Of a stretch of 64,000 bases of DNA, positions 1-9,536 are shown piece after piece (position 1 is the first letter of the stretch; the number at the start of each line of letters is the position of its first letter). The position numbers and the translations under genes are program-made. The stretch spans positions 2,580 through 66,579 of the forward strand of contig RGZB01000002.1 of NCBI GenBank assembly GCA_010031735.1, read 5' to 3'. Origin of the DNA: Pseudomonadota bacterium. Lineage in GTDB: Bacteria; Pseudomonadota; Alphaproteobacteria; Rickettsiales; RGZB01. Below the pieces are notes generated by a model. The model was not told the DNA's origin, ran no database searches, and worked only from the letters and a program-made list of their open reading frames with translations.

Positions 1-1940
1 ATGAACAGCCGCGCCGTATCGGCGCCGTATTTGGCGATAATTCCCGCAGGGTCCACTACATTGAGCTTCGATTTGCTCATTTTCTCGGTACGGCCTACAG
101 TGACCTTCTCGCCGGTCTTGGCATGGACGAACTCGCCGCCCTTCTTCACCACGTCCGTGGGGTAAAGCCACTTACCCGAGGCGTCTTTATAGGTCTCGTG
201 GCACACCATACCCTGCGTGAGCAGACGCTCGAATGGCTCTTTGACGTTGATATAGCCGCATTTGGTGAGTGCGCGGGTGAAAAAACGCGAATAGAGGAGG
301 TGCAGCACCGCATGCTCTACACCACCGATATATTGGTTCACCGGCAACCAGCGTTTGATTTGTTCTGGATCAAACGGACGAGATTGTTCCGTAGGCGAAA
401 CATAGCGTAAAAAGTACCAGGACGATTCCCAGAAAGTATCAAAAGTATCTGTTTCTCGAGTAGCTTGCTTAGAACATTTCGGACACGGAACATATTTCCA
501 TGTGGGGTGACGATCGAGTGGGTTGCCCGGCTTATCGAACTCCACATCATCCGGCAACGTGACCGGCAATTGTTGTTCCGGCACCGGAACAACACCGCAT
601 GTTTCACAGTAGATAACCGGTATCGGGCAGCCCCAATAACGCTGGCGAGAGATACCCCAGTCGCGGAGGCGGTAGTTGGTGGAAGATTGCCCCACCCCGA
701 GGGACTTGAGTTTGTCGATCGCGCGTGATTTTGCCTCGGCAACGGGCAGACCGTTCAAAAAATCAGAGTTGTACAATGTTCCGTCCCCGGAATAAGCCTC
801 CTCACCGATGGTGTTTGTTGCTGGGTCGGCATCCTTCGGCAGAATCACCGGGACAACCGGCAGTTGATATTTACGTGCGAAGTCCAGATCGCGCTGGTCG
901 TGCGCCGGGCATCCGAAGATGGCTCCGGAGCCGTATTCCATCAAAACGAAATTGGCAATATATATTGGAAGAACAGACCCTTGCTTAAAGGGGTGCACTG
1001 CCTTCATTCCGGTATCGAAACCTTTTTTCTCGGCCTTTTCGATCGCCTCGGTGCTGACCCCCAGGCGCCCGCATTCTTCGATAAATGCGCCTACAGCGGG
1101 ATTCTTCGCCGCGAGCTGGGTCGATAGCGGATGGTACGGAGAGATGGCCACAAACGCCGCGCCATAGAGCGTGTCAGGCCGCGTGGTGTAGACTTCCAGC
1201 TTCTCTTTTTGGCCCTCCACGTCAAAGAAAATATCGGCACCGATGGATTTTCCGATCCATTTTTCCTGCATCGTGACCACACGTTCCGGCCATTTGCCCT
1301 TAAGCTGTTCGAGCCCCTGGATGAGGTCTTCGGCGAAATCCGTGATCTTCAGGAACCACTGGCGCAAGGTTTTCCGCTCCACGAGCGCACCGGAACGCCA
1401 GCCGCGTCCGTCGATCACCTGCTCATTGGCAAGCACGGTGTTATCCACCGGATCCCAGTTCACCATCGCCTCTTTCTGGTACGCGATGCCGTTCTTCAGA
1501 AAATCGAGGAAAAATTTCTGCTCATGCTTGTAATATTCCGGGAGGCACGTTGCGATCTCGCGGCTCCAATCATAGGAAAGCCCGATGGATTTCAGCTGCT
1601 CGCGCATCGTATCGATGTTCTTGAGCGTCCAGACCTTGGGATTCACGCCATTCGCGATCGCCGCATTCTCCGCCGGCAGGCCAAATGCGTCCCAGCCCAT
1701 GGGATAGAGCACGTCATAGCCCTGCGCACGGCGCGCGCGCGCCACCACATCGCCGATCGTGTAGTTACGCAGGTGTCCCATATGGATGCGACCTGACGGA
1801 TAAGGGAACATCTCGAGCACGTAGTAAGGCTTCGCCGAAGGCTTTTTACCCGCAGCAAACAGGTTGGCCTTGGCCCAATGGGCCTGCCACCTGCCTTCGG
1901 TCTCTTCGGCGTTATAACGTGGGATTTCCGGTGCGTTCAT
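1..1940 (-). CDS. leuS: Leucyl-tRNA synthetase, N-terminal ~646 codons (3' end lies beyond the window start)
   Basis: Absent from the ORF track because it is open at the window edge. My translation of the minus strand from the ATG at 1940 gives [22 protein letters not shown]...[22 protein letters not shown] (HIGH-type motif) ... [16 protein letters not shown] (KMSKS motif, ~nt 61-93). The short ORFs listed at 123-1942 are shadows of this gene. Confidence 0.93.
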   Translation of the reverse strand, partial: MNAPEIPRYNAEETEGRWQAHWAKANLFAAGKKPSAKPYYVLEMFPYPSGRIHMGHLRNYTIGDVVARARRAQGYDVLYPMGWDAFGLPAENAAIANGVNPKVWTLKNIDTMREQLKSIGLSYDWSREIATCLPEYYKHEQKFFLDFLKNGIAYQKEAMVNWDPVDNTVLANEQVIDGRGWRSGALVERKTLRQWFLKITDFAEDLIQGLEQLKGKWPERVVTMQEKWIGKSIGADIFFDVEGQKEKLEVYTTRPDTLYGAAFVAISPYHPLSTQLAAKNPAVGAFIEECGRLGVSTEAIEKAEKKGFDTGMKAVHPFKQGSVLPIYIANFVLMEYGSGAIFGCPAHDQRDLDFARKYQLPVVPVILPKDADPATNTIGEEAYSGDGTLYNSDFLNGLPVAEAKSRAIDKLKSLGVGQSSTNYRLRDWGISRQRYWGCPIPVIYCETCGVVPVPEQQLPVTLPDDVEFDKPGNPLDRHPTWKYVPCPKCSKQATRETDTFDTFWESSWYFLRYVSPTEQSRPFDPEQIKRWLPVNQYIGGVEHAVLHLLYSRFFTRALTKCGYINVKEPFERLLTQGMVCHETYKDASGKWLYPTDVVKKGGEFVHAKTGEKVTVGRTEKMSKSKLNVVDPAGIIAKYGADTARLF

Positions 1941-1948
1941 AGCAGCGA

Positions 1949-2485
1949 TTAGCGTGCGGATGCCACTTTAAGCTGGCGTGCACGCGTCAAGATCTTGTCC
2001 TCGATGTCACGACCGACCTTCGGATCGACTTTCGCATCTTTCCAGCCGGTGCCGTTCTTCACCTGGCGGAACACGGAGGCACGCACCGCATCGGCACGGA
2101 GTTTCGTATCCAAAATCAGGACATTCATCTTGAAGCGCTCGCCCGGGGCTTCCGGGGACTCATACCAGTCGGTGATGATCACGCCGCCGCGCGGGTCTAC
2201 GGATGCCAGCGGGGCAAAAGAAAGCGTATCGAGCGTCGCACGCCACAGGAAGCTGTTTACGCCAAGCGTAGCGCCTTTGGAGGAGCCTGCGTCGTCATCG
2301 CCGCCCAGCAGCTGCACGCCATCGCCTGAAAGCTTGCCGTAACGCGCACGGCGCACATCGTCCGGATCGACCGGGTACGAGTTCTCGGTTTTAGCACCCT
2401 TGAACCAAGAGCTACAGCCGGTTACAGACATCGAAACCGCGAGCAGGGTCAGGGCTATAAAGGAAATGGAGCGGGTGTATTTCAT
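1949..2485 (-). CDS. DUF3576-type lipoprotein
   Basis: 178-aa ORF with the lipobox [23 protein letters not shown]|C. The sequence and its position directly upstream of leuS match, from memory, the DUF3576 lipoprotein conserved beside leuS in Alphaproteobacteria. Confidence 0.72.
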   Translation of the reverse strand: MKYTRSISFIALTLLAVSMSVTGCSSWFKGAKTENSYPVDPDDVRRARYGKLSGDGVQLLGGDDDAGSSKGATLGVNSFLWRATLDTLSFAPLASVDPRGGVIITDWYESPEAPGERFKMNVLILDTKLRADAVRASVFRQVKNGTGWKDAKVDPKVGRDIEDKILTRARQLKVASAR

Positions 2486-2591
2486 GACGGCACTTTCTCA
2501 TCATTTTGGTAAGAAGAGCGCCAATCTAATCCATAGCCCTCACTCCCGCAAGAAAAGAGTGCAGAGTGGCGGAAATACGCCTGAATACCGA

Positions 2592-2623
2592 CAAAAAGAA
2601 AGGGGCGGCACTAAGCCGCCCCT
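2592..2623 (-). terminator. Rho-independent terminator downstream of the porin gene
   Basis: Hairpin AGGGGCGGC-N5-GCCGCCCCT (2601-2623), followed on the minus strand by TTCTTTTT. It lies 28 nt after the porin stop. Confidence 0.6.
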
Positions 2624-2650
2624 TCCAAAGTACGCTAAACTTCTAAATGA

Positions 2651-3775
2651 TTAGAAGTTGAGTTGGGTACCAACGAGCACCGCGGTGCCCGTGTTGTCTA
2701 CCGTCGTACCAGCAGCGTCAGCGTCGAAGAAGTTAGCTTCTACGTACGGAACGAGGCCCGGAGCGAGTTGGTAGTCTGCACCGACGGACACGAGGTCCAG
2801 ATCGTTGTCAGAGCGTTCGCTGTTCAGGTAGGTTACGCTCACGCCGAACGGACCGGTTTCATAAGTCGCGCCGAGGGTGAAGTAATCTTGATCGTTGTTG
2901 CCAGTCGCAGCCGTCGGCAGCGTGCTGTCATCCCAATCGCCATAAGAACCAGCGATGCTGAAACCTTGGTAAGAAACCACTGCACCAACTTGGAATGCAG
3001 AGAGGTCTTCCGTACCAGCAATTTCAGAAGAACCGAATTCGCCCGTTGCAGATGCTTGGATACCGACTTGGTCGAATTGACCACGGTAGTTAGCACCAAC
3101 GGAGAATACGTTCTCTTGGTCGCCGTTCAGGTCACCGGTGTGAGACAGGTACGTACCAGCGTCACCAGAATCCGGAGTGAAGCTTACGCCCACTTGGAAG
3201 CCAGAGAAGCGCGGAGAGTAGTACGTGATTTTGTTCGCATCTTCGGTCGTGCCACGGTTAGCATCGAGCGGCAGATCCGGACGGGTGATGAACGTTGCAG
3301 AAGCTGCAGACGGGTTCGTTTGACCCGGGAGAGTCACGAAACGGTACCAGTCGCCATCAATGCCACCGGTCGCGCGAGCGATCGTAGCAGCATCAACTTT
3401 CATGTTGTTAGCAGCAGAGAGGTTAGAACCTGCTTCTACGCGGCCAGCATTGCTTTCCACGAAGAGGTAGGTACGCTCAGCATTGAGACCGTTGTTGTCA
3501 GCAGACGCATTGAGGTCAGCTTGCAGACGGATCACAGAGCCGTAACGCAGACCGTTGTCAGAAGTACCTTCAACGTTTACGTCAACTTTGGTGTCGTTTG
3601 CAAATTTCGCGTCGCGGCTAGATGCGCCGGTAGCGTCGAATGGAGAGTCTTGATCTGCAAAGCCGGCTTGGAAGTCAAAATAACCACCGAGCGATACAGT
3701 CGGCTCAGCATGTGCGCCAGCTGCAAATGCAGCAACGCCTACGAGAGCGGTCGTGCCAAGTAAAAACTTTTTCAT
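2651..3775 (-). CDS. Outer-membrane porin (Gram-negative beta-barrel porin family)
   Basis: 374-aa ORF with signal peptide MKKFLLGTTALVGVAAFAAGAHA|EP. Composition is G/S/T/N/D/Y/F-rich and alternating. The C-terminus ...LVGTQLNF ends in Phe, as in OM beta-barrels. Confidence 0.8.
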   Translation of the reverse strand: MKKFLLGTTALVGVAAFAAGAHAEPTVSLGGYFDFQAGFADQDSPFDATGASSRDAKFANDTKVDVNVEGTSDNGLRYGSVIRLQADLNASADNNGLNAERTYLFVESNAGRVEAGSNLSAANNMKVDAATIARATGGIDGDWYRFVTLPGQTNPSAASATFITRPDLPLDANRGTTEDANKITYYSPRFSGFQVGVSFTPDSGDAGTYLSHTGDLNGDQENVFSVGANYRGQFDQVGIQASATGEFGSSEIAGTEDLSAFQVGAVVSYQGFSIAGSYGDWDDSTLPTAATGNNDQDYFTLGATYETGPFGVSVTYLNSERSDNDLDLVSVGADYQLAPGLVPYVEANFFDADAAGTTVDNTGTAVLVGTQLNF

Positions 3776-4066
3776 ATGTATATCCTGTTAGTTGATCCTA
3801 GTTGTTAAAACCCACACACGATTACCTACAATATTCGCGTAGGTCGCCATGTGTTCGCATAACGCAAGGGCATTGAAACCAAATTTCAGCTCGCCGCGCA
3901 AGCGTGACCCAGTGTTTATTTAGGGGTCGGGGGCATTTTAGACCTCACTGTTGCAAAGAAGGCACAGTTTGTTGCCCCCCTGCATCACCCAGTCGTTAAT
4001 TTTTGGCGGTTTTTCGGGCTCTTATTCCATCTGGTATTCCACCCGTACCCACGCTATAAATGCCAC

Positions 4067-4750
4067 ATGACCGCACCCCATTCACCCGTATCTGCCCTCG
4101 CGCAGATAAAAGAAGCCCTTTGCGATGCCGCCGTCCGGCATGGCCGGGTGCATTATGTGCCACCGGGCATCGTGGCGGTGAGTAAAACCCACCCTGCCGA
4201 GCGGATAGAACCCCTGCTTAAGGCCGGCCACCGCCTGTTCGGGGAAAACCGGGTACAGGAAGCCGAAGCGAAGTGGCCCGACCTGAAAGCCCGTTATCCC
4301 GGGGTCGAACTGCACCTGATCGGCCCGCTGCAGACCAATAAAACGGCCGATGCCCTTGCCCTTTTCGATGTCATCGAGACGCTCGACCGCCCCAAACTCG
4401 CCGACCAGCTTGCCAAGGAGCTCGCGAAAACGCCCAAGAAGGATCTGAAGCTCTTTGTCCAGGTGAATACCGGTGAGGAGGAACAGAAAGCCGGTGTCGG
4501 CCCGAAAGAGGCCGACGGCTTCATCCGTTACTGCCGGGAAAAGAACCTGCCGGTGGTGGGGCTGATGTGCATCCCGCCGGTCGCGGAGGACCCCGCACCA
4601 CACTTCGCTTTGCTACGCACCATCGCTGAACGAAATGGTTTAACAGCGCTCAGTATGGGCATGAGCGGCGATTTTGGTATTGCGGCGGCCCTGGGTGCCA
4701 CCCATGTACGGATCGGCAGCGCCCTCTTCGGCGAAAGGGCAAAGCCATGA
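4067..4750 (+). CDS. yggS: YggS-family pyridoxal-phosphate homeostasis protein
   Basis: 227-aa ORF. AVSKTHPAERIEPLLKAGHRLFGENRVQEA and LSMGMSGDF...GATHVRIGSALFG are characteristic of YggS/PROSC. Confidence 0.88.
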   Translation: MTAPHSPVSALAQIKEALCDAAVRHGRVHYVPPGIVAVSKTHPAERIEPLLKAGHRLFGENRVQEAEAKWPDLKARYPGVELHLIGPLQTNKTADALALFDVIETLDRPKLADQLAKELAKTPKKDLKLFVQVNTGEEEQKAGVGPKEADGFIRYCREKNLPVVGLMCIPPVAEDPAPHFALLRTIAERNGLTALSMGMSGDFGIAAALGATHVRIGSALFGERAKP

Positions 4751-5487
4751 TCCGCCCGCTCGCCCATGACCTCAAAGGTTTCTACAGTTCCCCCTTGGGC
4801 GCACTTGCCTGCCGCACGCTCCGCCGGCGCATCCGGGAGTTCTGGCCGGATGTGGTGATGAACAAGCAGCAGCACATCGAAGAGGTGCTGGTGGGTTTCG
4901 GTTATGCAACACCGTATCTGATCCCCTTCATGACGACGCCGGACCATGTCGCACGAAGCCGCGCCATCGCCCTGATGCCGACCTTGCAAGGCGTGACACC
5001 TTGGCCGGTCGCAGCGAAGAACCGCACGGCCGAGATCGCTACGAACGAATTGCCGCTTGCGGATTGCTCCGTCGACCGCCTGCTCGTGGTGCATGCGCTG
5101 GAGGCGAGCGAACGCCCCTCGCAGATGCTCCGTGAGCTCTGGCGCGTTTTAAAGCCGGGTGGGCGCATGCTGGTGATCGTGCCGAACCGCGCCAGCCTGT
5201 GGGCACAACGCGATAATACGCCGTTTGGGTACGGCAGGCCGTTCTCGAAAGGACAATTGCTTGGGCTGCTCGACAGCGCGATGTTCACAACCCTCAATGT
5301 CGGCCACGGGCTTTACATGCTGCCGGTGAAGAACCGCCTGTTCTTGAAAACCGCGCCGTTATTCGAATATCTGGGATCGCGCACCGCCGATGCGCTCGGG
5401 GGCGTTACACTGTGTGAGGTGGAAAAACGTTTATATGCCACCCCGGCCACTGCCGAAGGCAAGACACAGAAATTAGCAGAAGCCTAA
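4747..5487 (+). CDS. Class I SAM-dependent methyltransferase
   Basis: 246-aa ORF whose start overlaps the yggS stop (ATGA). LRELWRVLKPGGRMLVIVPNRASLW is typical of the Methyltransf_11-like fold. Confidence 0.68.
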   Translation: MIRPLAHDLKGFYSSPLGALACRTLRRRIREFWPDVVMNKQQHIEEVLVGFGYATPYLIPFMTTPDHVARSRAIALMPTLQGVTPWPVAAKNRTAEIATNELPLADCSVDRLLVVHALEASERPSQMLRELWRVLKPGGRMLVIVPNRASLWAQRDNTPFGYGRPFSKGQLLGLLDSAMFTTLNVGHGLYMLPVKNRLFLKTAPLFEYLGSRTADALGGVTLCEVEKRLYATPATAEGKTQKLAEA

Positions 5488-6614
5488 GTGCGGTCGCGGT
5501 CCTCGCGCCTCTCACGGCCATCGGCCTTCGGATCGAGTGTGCGCCCCGCCTCCGTGACGTGATGAGCACCGCGGTCTTTTTCATCGAGCACTTTTCTCAG
5601 CACCTCTTCCACCACATTCAGCAGTACGCCTTGGGATTGATCCTCGATGCGTTTTACCGCATCCCGGAGCATAACGGAGACGGTCTCGACGACGCTCGTG
5701 GTGATGCGCCTTTCCATTTCCCCGAGCAATTGCTCGAGCACGATACTGGAAACGCCGGCACCCTGGTCGCCACCGATGCCCGTCGCAACCGCAGCGTTAT
5801 TATCGCCAAAACCGCGCTCTGCCAATTTACGCTGGCGCTCCTTCCAGCCGAGCTCGGTGTAGGACTGGCCTTTCGACCCCCCACCCCCGACGACACGGCG
5901 GTCATCGGTGATTTTGATCGGCGCATCGCGGTTCGATACCGTGACCACTTCGATCGGGGATACGACACCCTTATCCGTTGCAGTAAAATGTACGGAGAGT
6001 GCTTCACGCTCTTCTTTCGCACCGTACGCCTCGAGCAGGTCACGTATCCTTTCCGTGCGCGGCTCCACCATCTTGCTCGCATCCGGCTGGCGCACCCCAT
6101 AAGCCTCCGCATCCTCCCTGAAAGACAGTAGGATCGAGCGGCGTAGCGAAAGATTGCCGTCCTTGGCGCTCACCGAAGCGCCATTTCCCTTCGCACCGTA
6201 TTTGAGCAGGATGCCCACGGCCTCCGGATCGAGCGCGTGTGCCGCCACGCGGAGTATCGGGTGGGCTTCATCCATCGGCCTGATCCCCTGGCCGCTTAAC
6301 CCATCTGTCTCCGTGATGTGTGTGGACACATAGACATTGGGGTTCGCGCCCGCAAAAAGTGCCCGCTTCATCAGTTTATGGAGCGGCTTTAATCTATCCA
6401 TGTATTCTTTTTCACGCGCACGTGCATCTGCGCGCACGTCATAATCGATCTCGAGCGTATCGATCATCTCGCGCATGATCAGGCTGATCTCCGTCACCGC
6501 GTGAACGAGCGCGCGCTCCGGTTCGTTGTCCCATGAACCGAAGACCAGGCCAGGGACATACCGCAGCATCCGACGTGCAGCACCAATATTCCTGGGGATG
6601 AAATCAAGCACCAT
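5484..6614 (-). CDS. Hypothetical protein with possible ankyrin-like repeats (ORFan)
   Basis: The ORF runs to 6656. I prefer the ATG at 6614 because AAGGGAG lies 7 nt upstream. HPILRVAAHALDPEAVGILLKYGAKGNGASVSAKDGN and LFAGANPNV resemble the ankyrin consensus. There is a charged C-terminal tail. It sits 46 nt downstream of metW on the same strand. Confidence 0.55.
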   Translation of the reverse strand: MVLDFIPRNIGAARRMLRYVPGLVFGSWDNEPERALVHAVTEISLIMREMIDTLEIDYDVRADARAREKEYMDRLKPLHKLMKRALFAGANPNVYVSTHITETDGLSGQGIRPMDEAHPILRVAAHALDPEAVGILLKYGAKGNGASVSAKDGNLSLRRSILLSFREDAEAYGVRQPDASKMVEPRTERIRDLLEAYGAKEEREALSVHFTATDKGVVSPIEVVTVSNRDAPIKITDDRRVVGGGGSKGQSYTELGWKERQRKLAERGFGDNNAAVATGIGGDQGAGVSSIVLEQLLGEMERRITTSVVETVSVMLRDAVKRIEDQSQGVLLNVVEEVLRKVLDEKDRGAHHVTEAGRTLDPKADGRERREDRDRT

Positions 6615-6660
6615 AGAACACTCCCTTATCGTTACAGGGATATAGTCTATCAGCAAGAGC

Positions 6661-7257
6661 TTACTTTTTGGTTAATACGAAAAGCGCGGATTCGCCGAGC
6701 AGGTTCGCACGCGGGCTCGCACCCAAAAACGGGTGAACCTTACCGGCACTGTCGATATAGGCGCGTGATTCGATCACCGCGCCGATCTCGCCGACTAGCG
6801 TTACGAAATCGCGCAGCGTGCAGAAATGGATGTTCGGGGTTTCGTACCATTGATAGGAAAGCGTGCTGGTGACGGGCATGCGGCCTTTCGTGAGGAGATA
6901 AAGGCGGTTCTTCCAGTAACCGAAGTTCGGGATCACCACCACCACATGTTTTGCCACGCGCAATAAATCGACCAACACCTGTTTGGGCTGCTTCGTCGCC
7001 TGCAGGGTTTTGGCCAGAATCGCATAATCAAACGCCGCGTCCGGATAGTGTTTGAGGTCGTGATCGGCATCCCCCTGCACCACCGAAAGACCGTGCGAGA
7101 TTGCCGCAGAAACCTTGGCCGCATCAATCTCTAATCCTTTGACTTTAATAGATTTATTTTCAAGAAGGTGTATCAACTCCCCCTCACCGCAACCGATATC
7201 GATAGCAGACGAGCCGGAGGGGATGAGGGCGGCAATGGGGGCATTATACGAGGCCAT
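6661..7257 (-). CDS. metW: Methionine biosynthesis protein MetW
   Basis: 198-aa ORF. IDIGCGEGELIHLL...LEID...VVQGDAD...FDYAILAKTLQATKQP...IPNFGYWKNR...GRMPVT...YQWYETPNIHFCTLRDF matches the MetW family. Confidence 0.88.
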   Translation of the reverse strand: MASYNAPIAALIPSGSSAIDIGCGEGELIHLLENKSIKVKGLEIDAAKVSAAISHGLSVVQGDADHDLKHYPDAAFDYAILAKTLQATKQPKQVLVDLLRVAKHVVVVIPNFGYWKNRLYLLTKGRMPVTSTLSYQWYETPNIHFCTLRDFVTLVGEIGAVIESRAYIDSAGKVHPFLGASPRANLLGESALFVLTKK

Positions 7258-7267
7258 AGAGAACTGC

Positions 7268-7282
7268 TTAACGTTAAATTAA
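7268..7282. promoter_or_regulatory. Perfect TTAA-N7-TTAA (CtrA-type) box
   Basis: TTAACGTTAAATTAA(C). It lies in the divergent metW/ORFan intergenic region, 56 nt upstream of the GTG at 7339. Confidence 0.55.
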
Positions 7283-7338
7283 CCGGAGCGGGCTACACTT
7301 ATACGGTGGAATAAGCGAAATAAAAAGGGCGGAATAGA

Positions 7339-8316
7339 GTGACAGAGAAAGAGACCAGGTATTACGGCATCCCCGCGCAGCATGATGCGGCCGTACAGAT
7401 ATTGAAAGAAGCCGTGCTCCTGGAGCCGGATGCCCATGGCCTTTACCCGTTGATCGTGGTGGTGGGCCCGATGCAGGTGGGAAAATCCACCTTCATGAAA
7501 CGCGCTGCCGGGCTGACCGATGATACGCCGGTCGGTGTCGATTACACCGTGAGCGGAAGGCCTTTCGTCAATGTCAGCACCGCCGATATGGAAGAGGTGC
7601 GCGCACGCAACCCGGAAGAATTCAAAGGAAAGGTCATCAGCTTCCAGGAAGAAGGCGGGGAACGCCTGCTCCTGATTGCCGAGCGCACACGCGACGCTGA
7701 AGAAAAAACAACGCCGGAAGGCATGAACAGGCTGTTGGCGGATCTCGCTGAGCTTCGCAAATCCGCACCTGTACTGCTTGATATCAGCCACTCCAAACAC
7801 CTCATGTTCCCGACCGACTGGGGCCCGGATGAAGATCGGCTGAAAGAGATCGCCGTCAATAACCTGAACGTGCGTAACGATCAGCTCGCCGCGCTCGAAG
7901 CCGCAGGCGGCATGATGATCACGCTCGACCGCGACCAGACACGGGTGATGGATACGCTCCGCACCCTCGCGCAGAGCGATCGCTACCGGAACGCCGCTGA
8001 AGTACCGGCACCCGATCCGATTCTCGAATACACCGATAAGGAGACATACGATGCCCAGTGTGCGGCCGCCAAAGGCTCACGGCGCGATATCCGCGGCGAG
8101 CTGGCGCGCGGACTCATGATGAATGCGGACGGCCCTGTCGTGATCGAAGTCATGGAGCGTTTAATGCGCGGTGGCGTCTCGAACGAAATCATCGCCGGAC
8201 AGATGTTCCGCATGTCTTATGAGCAGCCGGAGGTTCAGAATCCTGCAGCAGTGCCGAGTTTGCAGCTTCCGGGCCAGATTCAGGGCAAAGGCGGTGGCGG
8301 GCGTAGCGATCGCTGA
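7339..8316 (+). CDS. Hypothetical P-loop NTPase-like protein (ORFan)
   Basis: 325-aa ORF with a GTG start. Walker-A-like VVVGPMQVGKST (GxxxxGKST). I recognise no other family feature. There is a glycine-rich C-terminus. It is inserted on the opposite strand between metX and metW. Confidence 0.62.
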   Translation: MTEKETRYYGIPAQHDAAVQILKEAVLLEPDAHGLYPLIVVVGPMQVGKSTFMKRAAGLTDDTPVGVDYTVSGRPFVNVSTADMEEVRARNPEEFKGKVISFQEEGGERLLLIAERTRDAEEKTTPEGMNRLLADLAELRKSAPVLLDISHSKHLMFPTDWGPDEDRLKEIAVNNLNVRNDQLAALEAAGGMMITLDRDQTRVMDTLRTLAQSDRYRNAAEVPAPDPILEYTDKETYDAQCAAAKGSRRDIRGELARGLMMNADGPVVIEVMERLMRGGVSNEIIAGQMFRMSYEQPEVQNPAAVPSLQLPGQIQGKGGGGRSDR

Positions 8317-8321
8317 TAGCC

Positions 8322-9530
8322 TTAGTTCGCATCCGCAGATTTACCCACACGCCGGATGAAGCCCGCGAGCGCTTCGAGGAAGCGCGGCTCATCGAGGAGG
8401 AAGGCATCGTGGCCTTTATCGGTTGGGATCTCGACGAAACTCACATTCGCCCCGACGCCATTCAAGGCATGCACGATCTCGCGCGTTTCGCTGGTGGGGA
8501 ACAGCCAGTCGCTCGAGAACGACATCAGGCAGTATTCCGCTCTCGTGCCCTTGAATACATCGCTCAAGCGGCCACCGTTATCGGCAGCCAGATCGAAATA
8601 ATCCATCGCACGGGTGATGTAGAGATACGAGTTCGCATCGAACCGCTCGACGAAATTCGTGCCCTGGCGGCGGAGGTAGCTCTCCACCCTGAAATCTGCC
8701 TCGAACCCATAGGAGATACGCTCGCGGTCCTGCAGGTTACGACCGAATTTACGCGAAAGCGCTTCCTGTGACAGATAGGTGACGTGCGCCGTCATCCGCG
8801 CGACCGCCAGGCCGCCTGCGGGGAATCTCTTCTCATTGATGTAGTTACCCTCTTTCCACTCCGGATCCGCCATGATCGCCTGCCTTCCCACTTCATGGAA
8901 GGCGATGTTCTGTGCCATGTGGCGCGGAGCGGTCGCGATGCCGACCACAGACCGCACATGATCTTTGTACAGCGAGCCCCATACGAGCGCCTGCATGCCG
9001 CCCATCGACGCACCGATGACGGAAAAGAGCTTCGTGACACCCAGTTGCTCGACCAGCAGCTTCTGCGCACGCACCATATCGGCGATGGTCAGGACCGGAA
9101 ACTCGAGATTGTAAGGTTTCTTCGTTTTTGGATTAATGGCCTTGGGCCCGTAAGAACCCATGCACCCACCAAGCACGTTCGGGCAAATGACGAAATAACG
9201 ATCCGTATCGATGATCTTGCCCGCACCCACGACGCTCTCCCACCAACCCGGCTTTCCGGTGACGGGATGGGTGCTTGCGACATACTGATCGCCTGTCAAC
9301 CCGTGGCAGATTAAGATCGCATTGGAAGCATCGGCATTCAGACGGCCATAGGTCTGGTACGCGAGCGGGAAGGCAGCGATCTCTGCACCCGAGTCGAGTT
9401 TGAGCGGCGCATCCTGTGCTAAAATCGCAATCGCTCCCACTTCCACCTTGCGGTAGGAAGGGCCGAATTCCAGTGTGACAGTCGTCTGTTCCATGGGGAT
9501 GGTTTTACCCGCGCGGGGTATGAATGCCAA
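8322..9530 (-). CDS. metX: Homoserine O-acetyltransferase
   Basis: 402-aa [14 protein letters not shown]..., the nucleophile elbow [12 protein letters not shown], and ...GHDAFLLD are typical of MetX (alpha/beta hydrolase). The true start may be the internal MEQTT at 9494. Confidence 0.92.
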   Translation of the reverse strand: MAFIPRAGKTIPMEQTTVTLEFGPSYRKVEVGAIAILAQDAPLKLDSGAEIAAFPLAYQTYGRLNADASNAILICHGLTGDQYVASTHPVTGKPGWWESVVGAGKIIDTDRYFVICPNVLGGCMGSYGPKAINPKTKKPYNLEFPVLTIADMVRAQKLLVEQLGVTKLFSVIGASMGGMQALVWGSLYKDHVRSVVGIATAPRHMAQNIAFHEVGRQAIMADPEWKEGNYINEKRFPAGGLAVARMTAHVTYLSQEALSRKFGRNLQDRERISYGFEADFRVESYLRRQGTNFVERFDANSYLYITRAMDYFDLAADNGGRLSDVFKGTRAEYCLMSFSSDWLFPTSETREIVHALNGVGANVSFVEIPTDKGHDAFLLDEPRFLEALAGFIRRVGKSADAN

Positions 9531-9536
9531 GCAAAA

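Noticed and set aside
123-1942. Numerous 60-220-aa ORFs on both strands at the window start
   Set aside because: All lie inside the open-ended minus-strand leuS reading frame, which the ORF track omitted because it has no stop in the window.
2663-3763. 366-aa plus-strand ORF covering almost the whole porin gene
   Set aside because: It is an antisense shadow ORF. Its translation is Arg/Val/Glu-rich with no protein-like pattern, while the minus-strand frame gives a textbook signal peptide and a beta-barrel porin ending in Phe.
9495-9536. SAM-II (metA-type) riboswitch upstream of metX, as is common in Alphaproteobacteria
   Set aside because: Only 6-42 nt separate the topA stop from the possible metX starts. 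That is too short for the element, and no matching pseudoknot motif is seen.
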